Positions 1-8,205 of a DNA stretch of 64,000 nt are shown here, piece after piece. Positions within the stretch are counted from its first letter, which is position 1. Each line of letters starts with the position of its first letter. The stretch is taken from NCBI GenBank assembly GCA_963815195.1, contig CAWFGE010000010.1, positions 288,001 through 352,000 on the forward strand, written 5' to 3'. Under the pieces are notes generated by a model. It was not told where the DNA came from. It ran no database searches and saw only the letters and a program-made list of their open reading frames with translations. The stretch comes from an uncultured Planctomycetaceae bacterium (lineage in GTDB: Bacteria > Planctomycetota > Planctomycetia > Planctomycetales > Planctomycetaceae). A program made the translations under genes and the position numbers.

Positions 1-2
1 CG

Positions 3-1178
3 TCGAATGCGCTTTTGCGAATCTTCCTCGAAGACACGGACGACATTCTCAGCAGCGAACCGTCCCGGATGACGATCAACGGCATCGTCGACGAGCCGCC
101 CGAGCACAGCCTGGACTTCATCGGCATCGGCGAGTTCATCACCGACAAGGCCCAGATCCCCGTCCAGGGCAAGATCACCGACGACTACGGCGTCGCCAAG
201 GCCCGGTTCGAATACCAGTTGATGACCGACGACGGCCAGTTGCTCACGGGCCCGGATTGGGTGCCGGTCGAGTTCGAAAACCCGCCCAACGCCGAGCCCA
301 AAGAGTACAAGCTCCAACTCGCGCACGATGCCGCCGACCCCAAAGACGATGAACCTTTCGAGCGGTTCGACGTCTCGAAGATTCTGTTTCAGGACGCCAA
401 CGGGCCGCGGGGCATCAAGGCCGGCGACGTGTTGGTGCTGACGGTGTACTCCGAAGACGGCGACAACATCAACGGCCCGCACATCGTCCGCCAGAAGCCC
501 AAGCCCGAATACATATTCAAAGTCGTCAGCCGCGACGAGTTGATGGCGATCTTGTACCAGAAAGAGCTGGGCCTGTTGAGCCGGTTCCAGCAGATCATCA
601 CCGAGGTGGAAGGCGTCGAGGCCGATCTCGCCAAGGCCGGGACCGATTCGGACCAGTTCAACAAGCTCCGAGACAAACAGAACCGCACCGCGGAGGAGCA
701 GAAGACAATGGGCGAGTTGGATTCGTCCCTCACCGCGGTTGCCACGCGGTCGATTCAGCAGATCGCCAAGAACAAGCTCGAGACCTATGCGGTCGAAGCC
801 TCGTTCCTCGAAATCCTGGACGAGATGGCGAACAACGGTATTGAGTCGGCCAGCATGGTCGCCAAGCTGCACGAGTTGATTATCGACCCGCTGCATCGCA
901 TCGGCGAGAACGATTTCCCCCGCGTGGACCGCTCGCTGGTGCGTTACAAAAACGTCCAGGAAAACGGGCAAAACGCCAACCAGGCCATCGGGGAAAGCCA
1001 CGACGATGTCGCGGCGATGCTCGAGAACATGCAGAAAGTGCTCGGGGAAATGCAGGAATTGGCCAGCTACCAGGAGCTGGCCAAGAACGTGCAGCAAATG
1101 ATCAACGAAACCGAAGCCGCCAAACAAAAGGCCCAGAAGGAAGCCGCGGACCAACTCAAAAAATTGAACCTGGAGTAG
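3..1178 (+). CDS. Large coiled-coil/Ig-like hypothetical protein (DUF4175-like), 5' end outside the window
   Basis: Frame open from the window edge. 'DEPP...GKITDDYGV' Ig-like motif followed by a helical coiled-coil C-terminus. Confidence 0.75.
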   Translation, partial: SNALLRIFLEDTDDILSSEPSRMTINGIVDEPPEHSLDFIGIGEFITDKAQIPVQGKITDDYGVAKARFEYQLMTDDGQLLTGPDWVPVEFENPPNAEPKEYKLQLAHDAADPKDDEPFERFDVSKILFQDANGPRGIKAGDVLVLTVYSEDGDNINGPHIVRQKPKPEYIFKVVSRDELMAILYQKELGLLSRFQQIITEVEGVEADLAKAGTDSDQFNKLRDKQNRTAEEQKTMGELDSSLTAVATRSIQQIAKNKLETYAVEASFLEILDEMANNGIESASMVAKLHELIIDPLHRIGENDFPRVDRSLVRYKNVQENGQNANQAIGESHDDVAAMLENMQKVLGEMQELASYQELAKNVQQMINETEAAKQKAQKEAADQLKKLNLE

Positions 1179-1330
1179 AGGATTTGAATACGCCGGCCGC
1201 CCGCGGGAACATTCCCTCTTGACGGGTTACCGGAAACATCAGACAACAAAACCATGGTGAACAAGGCATTCCCTCGCCTTGGGACCGAGTTCTTTCCCGC
1301 CTCACATCGACCTTCGAGGAGAGCAAAATC

Positions 1331-3229
1331 ATGAAGCGCACCGGCTGGACCCGACTGATGACGATGTTACTGCTCGTCTGCCTGGGCATGTCTCCTCTCC
1401 TGGGCTGGACCGATGAGGATCCCGCGCCGAAGGACGCCAATGCCGCCGCGGAACCCGCCACGAAAGCCACAGGCGAGACGGAACCGGCCGCGGAGGGAAA
1501 GTCGGCGTTGGACCGGCAGCGCGAGGTCACGGCCCGCTATCGGCAGTTCGACCGCACGCTGCAAAAGATGGCCGACTACCTCCGCAAAACCGATCCCAAC
1601 AAGGCCGACATCCTCGTGCGGGCGATCCGGCTCAGCAAGGAAACCCGCGTCTCCGACCAGATGAACCGCGTGGTCCAGCTTTTGGAAAGCGATCAATTCG
1701 GCTCTGCGATCGAGCGCCAGGACGATGTGCTCCTCAGCCTGCACGCGATGCTCAAACTGCTCAACAGCGATGGAATCCTGGACGAAAACAAAGCCGAGCA
1801 GGCCCGCATTAAGGATCTGCTCAAAGATTTGGGCAAACTTTTGGGTAAGGAAAAAGACTTGCGGGCCAAGACCGAGCGCGGCGAAGACGCCAACCGCCTC
1901 GCCGAGGCCCAGGCCAAAGTCGCCAAGGAAACTAAAGAACTCGAAAACAAAATCGACGGCCAGGACGCCGCCAAAAACGCCGGCAAACCCGGCGAAGGCA
2001 AACCGGGAGATAAGAAGCCCGGCGAATCGAAACCCGGCGAGAGCAAGCCAGGAGAATCGAAGCCCGGCGAATCGAAACCAGGTGATAAAAAGCCCGGCGA
2101 ATCGAAACCGGGAGATAAAAAGCCCGGCGAGTCGAAACCAGGTGATAAAAAGCCCGGCGAATCGAAACCAGGTGATAAAAAGCCCGGCGAGTCGAAACCG
2201 GGAGATAAAAAGCCCGGCGAATCGAAACCCGGCGAATCCAAACCTGGAGAAAGCAAACCTGGAGAATCCAAACCGGGCGAAAGCAAACCCGGACAGAGTA
2301 AACCCGGGCAAAGCAAACCGGGCGAATCGAAACCGGGGGATCAAAAGCCCGGCGACCAGAAGCCCCAGGATCCCAATCAGCAATCGCAAGAAGACAACCG
2401 CAACAAACGCACGCCGGGCCGGGAAGAAATCGAAAAAGCCCGCGACGAGATGGAACGCGCCATCGAGGAACTGAAAAAGCAAAACCACGACGGTGCCTCC
2501 AAAGCCCAGGACGAGGCCATCAAAGATCTCCTCGCCGCCAAGGAAAAACTGGAGGAAATCCTCCGGCAGCTTCGCGACGAAGAGCGCGAACTCTTGCTGC
2601 TGGCCCTCGAAGCCCGCTTCCAGAAAATGCTCGCGATGCAGAAGCTGGTCTATCAGGGCACCAGGGATCTGGACCGCATCGACGCGTCCGCCTGGGCGGA
2701 ACGTCATTCCCAGCAGGCCTCGCAACTTTCGCGGGATGAAAACGAAATCGCCACCGACGCCCAGAAGGCGTTGACGCTTTTGAAGGAAGAAGGCTCGTCC
2801 GTGGCCTTCCCCGAAGCCGTCGAGCAGCTTCGCGAGGATATGCTGACCGTGGCCCGCCGGCTCGAAGACGATCACGTGGGCGAGATCACCCAGGCCATCG
2901 AGCGCGACATCATCGAAGCGTTGGCCGAGGCGATCGAAGCCCTCAAGAAGGAACTCGAAAAACTCAAGCAGAAAAAGAAGAACCCGCCGCCCAAGGAGGG
3001 CCAGCCGGCCGATCCGCCGCTGGTGGACATCCTGGCGGAACTGAAGATGCTCCGTTCGCTGCAGCTGCGGGTGAACCGCATGACCAAGCAGTTCGGCCGG
3101 ATGATCGACAGCCCCGACGGCGAACAGGCATTGAAAGCCGACGTGCTGGAGCAACTGCAGCGGCTGGGCATCCGCCAGTCCCGCATCCAGCAGGCGACTT
3201 ATGACCTGGCCACGGGGCGGAACAAGTAA
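1331..3229 (+). CDS. Secreted coiled-coil protein with a central KPG(E/D/Q)x low-complexity repeat
   Basis: RBS (gaggagag), signal peptide MKRTGW...LLG, heptad-rich helices flanking the repeat. Confidence 0.85.
   Translation: MKRTGWTRLMTMLLLVCLGMSPLLGWTDEDPAPKDANAAAEPATKATGETEPAAEGKSALDRQREVTARYRQFDRTLQKMADYLRKTDPNKADILVRAIRLSKETRVSDQMNRVVQLLESDQFGSAIERQDDVLLSLHAMLKLLNSDGILDENKAEQARIKDLLKDLGKLLGKEKDLRAKTERGEDANRLAEAQAKVAKETKELENKIDGQDAAKNAGKPGEGKPGDKKPGESKPGESKPGESKPGESKPGDKKPGESKPGDKKPGESKPGDKKPGESKPGDKKPGESKPGDKKPGESKPGESKPGESKPGESKPGESKPGQSKPGQSKPGESKPGDQKPGDQKPQDPNQQSQEDNRNKRTPGREEIEKARDEMERAIEELKKQNHDGASKAQDEAIKDLLAAKEKLEEILRQLRDEERELLLLALEARFQKMLAMQKLVYQGTRDLDRIDASAWAERHSQQASQLSRDENEIATDAQKALTLLKEEGSSVAFPEAVEQLREDMLTVARRLEDDHVGEITQAIERDIIEALAEAIEALKKELEKLKQKKKNPPPKEGQPADPPLVDILAELKMLRSLQLRVNRMTKQFGRMIDSPDGEQALKADVLEQLQRLGIRQSRIQQATYDLATGRNK
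1985..2359 (+). repeat. In-frame 15-bp tandem repeat, 25 units (KPGES/KPGDK/KPGQS/KPGDQ), with a 30-bp higher-order period
   Basis: Counted from the translation and DNA; synonymous variation between units. Confidence 0.95.
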
Positions 3230-3266
3230 GTTTTCCCACGTTCAACATTTTCACCGAATTGACGTG

Positions 3267-3339
3267 AGGATAGAGGTTGGAGCAGAGAGGTTGGCGAATT
3301 GAAGAGATTCTAACCTCTGACTTCTATCCTCTAACCTCA
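3267..3339. repeat. Intergenic inverted short-repeat cluster (agaggtt / aacctct)
   Basis: gaggatagaggttgg...agaggttgg versus ctaacctctg...ctatcctctaacctc form an imperfect hairpin. Confidence 0.6.
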
Positions 3340-3379
3340 CTCTGATTGTAATTCGGTTAACAGGAGAAGAGGCAAACGC

Positions 3380-4588
3380 ATGGGTATCGTGTCCACGTTA
3401 CTGGCGGCCGCCGTGTTGGCCGGGCCGCCGGTTGAGGTTTCCACGTTTGCGGGGGCCGAGCATCAGGGCGAACTCAAATCGCTCGCCGAGGGCAAGCTTG
3501 TGTTGTCCACGGAAGCCGGCGAGAAATCGATCGCGATGGAAGATGTGCTGGAGCTGCGTCTTCCGGAGAAGGGCGGATCCCCCTCCGAGCCGGCGCCCAA
3601 GGAGGTGCTGCTCACCGATGGCAGCCGCTTGAGCTGCGAGGAGGTGACCTCCACGAAGGATGAATTCATCTTCAAAACGACCTCGATGGGCACGCTGAAG
3701 ATCCCGGCCGAGGCGGTCAGCAGCGTGCGATTGGCTCCGCATTCCAACGCCCTCGCCGAGGAATGGAGCAAGCTCGCCAAACGGCAGGAAAACAAAGACC
3801 TGCTCGTGATCCCCAAGAACAACCTGCTCGACTTTCTCTCAGGCGTCGTCGGCCCGATTTCCGACGACAAGGTGCAATTCCTCCTGGGCGGCAATCCCGT
3901 GGGTGTTAACCGCGAGAAAGTGTTCGGGATGGTTTACGGCAACCGCAAGCCGCCGACCGCAACGGCCATCTGCCGGGCCAATTTGCCCAACAAGGATTCC
4001 GTGGAGTTCCAGTCGCTCACCTGGACCGGCAAGGGCTTCGAGGGCCGACTCTTGTCGGGCCCCGTGATCGCTCTGCCGACTGGAACCGTGGCGAACCTCG
4101 ATTTCAGCCTGGGGAAGGTGCAGTATCTCTCCGACATCACCCCGCGGAAAAAAGAAGTCACGGTGCCCCTCGCCATCGACGGGGCGCCGCCTTCGCCGAT
4201 CGAACTTAGCTACCACGATGTCAAAACCAATCAAAACTTCACCGGCAAGCCCTTGCAGCTTGGAAGCAAAGTTTACGCCCGGGGCCTGTGCATTCACTCG
4301 AAAACGGAACTCGCCTACCGGCTCAGCAAGGAGATGCGCCGCTTCCAGGCCATGATGGGCATCGACAACTACGTCGCCCAAAACGGGCTGGGCGATGTGC
4401 ACGTCGTCATCAAAGCCGACGATAAGACGCTCTTGGACACCATCGTCCGCGGCACCGACGAACCGAAGAAGCTGGACCTCGACGTCACCGGCGTCGTCGT
4501 CCTCGACATCCTCGTCGACTTCGTGGGCGACGACGACCTCGGCGTCGGCGACCACCTGGACCTGGCCGATGCCAAGTTCATCAAGTGA
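3380..4588 (+). CDS. Secreted NPCBM/NEW2 domain protein
   Basis: Signal peptide; C-terminal 'YLSDI...YARGLCIHS...F.AMMGID...LDLDVTG...DLADAK' NPCBM pattern. Confidence 0.8.
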   Translation: MGIVSTLLAAAVLAGPPVEVSTFAGAEHQGELKSLAEGKLVLSTEAGEKSIAMEDVLELRLPEKGGSPSEPAPKEVLLTDGSRLSCEEVTSTKDEFIFKTTSMGTLKIPAEAVSSVRLAPHSNALAEEWSKLAKRQENKDLLVIPKNNLLDFLSGVVGPISDDKVQFLLGGNPVGVNREKVFGMVYGNRKPPTATAICRANLPNKDSVEFQSLTWTGKGFEGRLLSGPVIALPTGTVANLDFSLGKVQYLSDITPRKKEVTVPLAIDGAPPSPIELSYHDVKTNQNFTGKPLQLGSKVYARGLCIHSKTELAYRLSKEMRRFQAMMGIDNYVAQNGLGDVHVVIKADDKTLLDTIVRGTDEPKKLDLDVTGVVVLDILVDFVGDDDLGVGDHLDLADAKFIK

Positions 4589-4597
4589 AATGAATCC

Positions 4598-4622
4598 TGA
4601 GCGGCACGGCGCTAGCCGCCGG
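4598..4622. repeat. REP-like palindrome, family A (second copy at 56797-56821)
   Basis: tgagcggcacggcgctagccgccgg versus tgagcggaacggcgctagccgccgg, 1 mismatch in 25; both lie just after stop codons. Confidence 0.8.
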
Positions 4623-4643
4623 CCTTGATATTGTGAGTATCCT

Positions 4644-4678
4644 TTCGTGGGCGAGGACGACCTCGGCGTTGGCGACCA
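4644..4678 (+). repeat. Duplicate of the NPCBM gene 3' segment 4520-4554
   Basis: 35 bp, 2 mismatches, both at third codon positions. Confidence 0.9.
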
Positions 4679-4686
4679 AATAGCGA

Positions 4687-4727
4687 GGCGAGCGTGGGGC
4701 TTACGCCCGGGCTTACGCCCCATGATG
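4687..4727. repeat. REP-like element, family B (related inverted copies at ~54991-55019 and ~40502-40521)
   Basis: ggcgagcgtggggcttacgccc...catgatg matches the reverse complement of catcatggggcttacgccccacgctcgcc. Confidence 0.7.
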
Positions 4728-4760
4728 ATGTCGATTCGAAGAAAACATAAGGAACACGAG

Positions 4761-6521
4761 ATGAAAAAGCTGCCCACACTGTTGGCTCTGGCGGGTTTGA
4801 TGCTCTCCCCGGCGATGCCCGCCCGCGCGGTCGATCAGGCGGTGCTCGATGCCCAGAAAAAACGCGTCGAGGTCGTGGAGAAAGTCGCCCCCGCGGTCGT
4901 CGCCATCTTCGGACCGGGCGGCGGAGGCGGCGGGTCGGGCGTTTTGATCTCCAAAGATGGCTACGTCCTCACCAACTTCCACGTGACCAAGGGGTCCGGC
5001 GACTACATGCAGTGCGGCCTCAACGATGGGAAGCTCTACGACGGCATCGTCGTCGGCATCGACCCCACGGGCGACGTCGCCATGGTCAAGCTGCTCGGCC
5101 GAACCGATTTTCCCACCGCCCCTTTAGGCGACAGCGACAAACTCCAAGCCGGCGATTGGTCCTTCGCGATGGGGAACCCCTTCCTGCTCGCGACCGATTT
5201 CCGGCCGACGGTGACCTTCGGGATCATCAGCGGCGTGCACCGCTACCAATACCCGGCCGGCACCATCCTGGAATACACCGACTGCATCCAGACCGACACC
5301 TCGATCAACCCGGGAAACTCCGGCGGGCCGCTGTTCAACATGGACGGCGAACTCGTGGGCATCAACGGCCGCGGCTCGTTTGAAAAGCGTGGGCGGGTCA
5401 ATTCCGGGGCCGGCTATGCGATCTCCATCAATCAGATCAAGCATTTCATGGAGCACCTTAGAAGCGGGCGGATCGTCGATCACGCGACCTTGGGGGCCAC
5501 GGTTTATGCCCGCGATGACGGGGCGGTTGTCGTCGATCAGATTCTGGAAGAGTCCGAAGCCTACCGCCGGGGCCTCAGGGCCGATGATGAAATCGTCTCC
5601 TTCGGCGGCCGGTCGATCCGCAGCGTGAACCAGTTCAAGAACATCCTGGGCATCTATCCCAAGGGCTGGAAGATCCCGCTGGTTTACCGCAGGGACGGCG
5701 AGAAGCACACGATCTATCCCCGGCTCCGCGGACTGCACCACAAATCGGAATTCACCGCCAAGAAGCCCGAGCCCAAAATCCAGCCCCCGGACGGGCCCAA
5801 AGGCCGGCCGGGCGACAAGCCCAAGCTGCCGATCCCCCAAATCGGCCAAAAAAAGCCCGCGCTTCCCGACAAGTACAAGAAAATGCTCGTGAAGAAAGAG
5901 GGCTTCGCCAACTACTACTTCAATCAGCTCGAGCAAGACCGCACTTTGAAAGGCCTGAAAGACCTGGGTGATTTCGCGAGCGTCGGCGGGGCGTGGACGC
6001 TCACCGGAAAAACCGGCGAAGGCCAGGACTTCACCGCCAAGATCAACGACAAGCTCGTGGAACTCAAATGGGGCGATAAAGACTACACCCAGGACCTCAC
6101 CACCGGCGATTTTCAAAATGTCCCGCCGCAGAGCGGCGGCCTGCTTACCGCGCTCGGCCTTCTGCGGTGGATGCTCGCCGATCATGACGAGTTCACCGAG
6201 TTTTATTACCTGGGCAGCGAACCTTTGGACGGTCAGGGCGAGAAGGTCGATGTGATCGTCGCCACAAAAATCAATGTGGAAAGCCGCTGGTACTTTGGTC
6301 GCGACACGGGCGAGATGCTCGGCTTCGACACCCGCATCGCCGAGAACGAAGACGACTGCGAAATCCGCTTCACGGGCTGGAAAGAAATCGACGGCCGCAA
6401 GTTTCCAGCGATGGCGATCAGCAGCGGCGGCACAAAATTCGGCACGCTCGATGTCGCGCAGGCCGACCTCAAGCCATCCGAAGCGAAGCCGGCGAAAGAC
6501 GCGAAGTCTGAGCGAAAATGA
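4761..6521 (+). CDS. HtrA/DegP-like trypsin protease with PDZ and a C-terminal extension (catalytically intact)
   Basis: Signal peptide; TNFHV (His), DPTGDVA (Asp), INPGNSGGP (Ser); PDZ 'GLRADDEIVSFGG'. Confidence 0.9.
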   Translation: MKKLPTLLALAGLMLSPAMPARAVDQAVLDAQKKRVEVVEKVAPAVVAIFGPGGGGGGSGVLISKDGYVLTNFHVTKGSGDYMQCGLNDGKLYDGIVVGIDPTGDVAMVKLLGRTDFPTAPLGDSDKLQAGDWSFAMGNPFLLATDFRPTVTFGIISGVHRYQYPAGTILEYTDCIQTDTSINPGNSGGPLFNMDGELVGINGRGSFEKRGRVNSGAGYAISINQIKHFMEHLRSGRIVDHATLGATVYARDDGAVVVDQILEESEAYRRGLRADDEIVSFGGRSIRSVNQFKNILGIYPKGWKIPLVYRRDGEKHTIYPRLRGLHHKSEFTAKKPEPKIQPPDGPKGRPGDKPKLPIPQIGQKKPALPDKYKKMLVKKEGFANYYFNQLEQDRTLKGLKDLGDFASVGGAWTLTGKTGEGQDFTAKINDKLVELKWGDKDYTQDLTTGDFQNVPPQSGGLLTALGLLRWMLADHDEFTEFYYLGSEPLDGQGEKVDVIVATKINVESRWYFGRDTGEMLGFDTRIAENEDDCEIRFTGWKEIDGRKFPAMAISSGGTKFGTLDVAQADLKPSEAKPAKDAKSERK

Positions 6522-6566
6522 GAATGGAGGTTAGAAGAATGAAAACCGTCACATCGAGGCACGCAA

Positions 6567-7031
6567 ATGTTAAAGGAGTGTTCCAACCCCAAATGTACCG
6601 TGGAATACGCCCTTGAGTTTTCGCAATGTCCTGTGTGTCGAACCCCCGCATCTCCCGATGCAACCTTAGTAGACAATACGCCTATCGTGTGGAATCAAAC
6701 GGCCCCAAGCCGTCAAGAGGAGGAATCACATTGGATTGCGGCTTGGCGTCTGGTCTTGTGGGGCTTGGAATGCATCGGCGTGATTCTATTGTTGTGGGCA
6801 GTGATCGAGTATGCGAACTGGCGGTCGTTTGGACTGTTTGATTTTCCCGACAAACAATTTAGGATCGCATTGTTGGCTACGAGTATTTTATTGTTTTGTT
6901 GGCTTTCTCACTTCTTGCTTCCGCGAACGTCATCTGGAGTTCATCTTGAAGGTTGGGTCTTGTTAGGCTTGTTACTCTACTGGCCGACCTTTCTGATCGT
7001 GATCATGATTTTTTTTGCTCTTTGGATATAA
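6567..7031 (+). CDS. AT-rich hypothetical membrane protein with an N-terminal Zn-ribbon
   Basis: CSNPKC...CPVC motif and three hydrophobic segments; composition visibly unlike its neighbours. Confidence 0.6.
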   Translation: MLKECSNPKCTVEYALEFSQCPVCRTPASPDATLVDNTPIVWNQTAPSRQEEESHWIAAWRLVLWGLECIGVILLLWAVIEYANWRSFGLFDFPDKQFRIALLATSILLFCWLSHFLLPRTSSGVHLEGWVLLGLLLYWPTFLIVIMIFFALWI

Positions 7032-7107
7032 AAACCGTAGCCGCATCTCACTCGGTCCGCGACCGAATCTGAATAATGTCGGGACAGTTTGTGGGGAGAG
7101 TTTTTCG

Positions 7108-8150
7108 ATGAATCGACGAGTAACATTTGTTTGGTTGACCAGCCTGATTCTGGGCGTCTTCGCGCAAACGGCGTTCGCTCAAGACGCGGAGGACGCACGG
7201 AAGACACGATCTCCTGGGCCGTTCGCCGGGTCGTTAAAATCTATGGCGCCGGGGGCGTCAAGAATCTTGCGGGCTATGGCACCGGGTTTTTGATCTCTCC
7301 GGAGGGCCATATCGTCACCGTCTGGAATACCGTGCTCGATGCCGATGAAGTCACCGTCGTCTTGAACGACGGCCGGCGTTATACGGGGAAGCTCCTGGGG
7401 GCCGAGCCGCAACTCGATGTGGCGGTGATCAAGCTCCAAAACGTCAACGGCGAGCTGCCGCATTTCGACTTGAGCGACTTGGGCGACGCGGCGGTGGGGA
7501 CGCGGATTTACGGGTTTAGCAATATGTTCAAAGTCGCCACCGGCGATGAGCCGGTCTCCGTGCTCCACGGCGTGATCTCCGCCAAGACCAAACTCAACGC
7601 CCGCCGCGGTTCGTTTGAAGTGCCCTACGACGGCCCGGTCTATGTCGTCGATGCCATCACCAACAACCCCGGAGCCGCGGGCGGCGTGATCACCACCACG
7701 GGCGGCAAGCTCCTGGGCGTCATCGGCAAGGAACTGCGAAACGCCGAGAGCAACACCTGGATCAACTACGCGATCCCCGTCACCGAGCTCAAGGACGTCA
7801 TCAAAGAGATCATCACTGGCAAGTACATCGAGCGCGAAAAGAAACCCGATGAGGACGAGAACCCCAACCGCTACCGGCCGCTCGATTTTGGCATCGTGTT
7901 GATTCCGGACATCCTCTACCGCACGCCGGCCTATGTCGAAACCGTCGTCAAAGGCTCCGCCGCCGAGAATCTGGGCCTCAAACCCGACGATTTGATCCTG
8001 TTCGTCAACGACAACCTGATCCAATCCAGCAAAGTCCTGCAAAAAGAACTCGGCGTGTTAGAAGCCGGTGACACCTTAAAGTTGATCGTCCGCCGAAAGA
8101 ACAAACTCATCTCCGTCGAAACTCCGGTGCCGGTGAAAGAGAAGAAATAA
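7108..8150 (+). CDS. Trypsin-like/PDZ protein, predicted pseudo-protease; frameshift near 7200
   Basis: Signal peptide MNRRVTF...AFA in one frame, protease fold in another; TVWNTV lacks His and NNPGAAGG lacks Ser. Confidence 0.8.
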
Positions 8151-8205
8151 AGTGCTGATGACAAAGCCCAATGAATTCCCGGTCGTTTCCCAGGAAGTAC
8201 AGACA

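Noticed and set aside
1985..2359. Possible CRISPR array
   Set aside because: In-frame coding tandem repeat with no unique spacers and no cas genes.
1367..3154. Long antisense ORFs (also 10287-11897, 13415-15034, 18994-20757, 40747-42474 and others)
   Set aside because: Shadows of high-GC genes on the opposite strand; no recognisable motifs.
4647..4760. Extended N-terminus of protease 1 in the ORF track
   Set aside because: It is the duplicated NPCBM tail plus a REP; RBS and signal peptide point to 4761.
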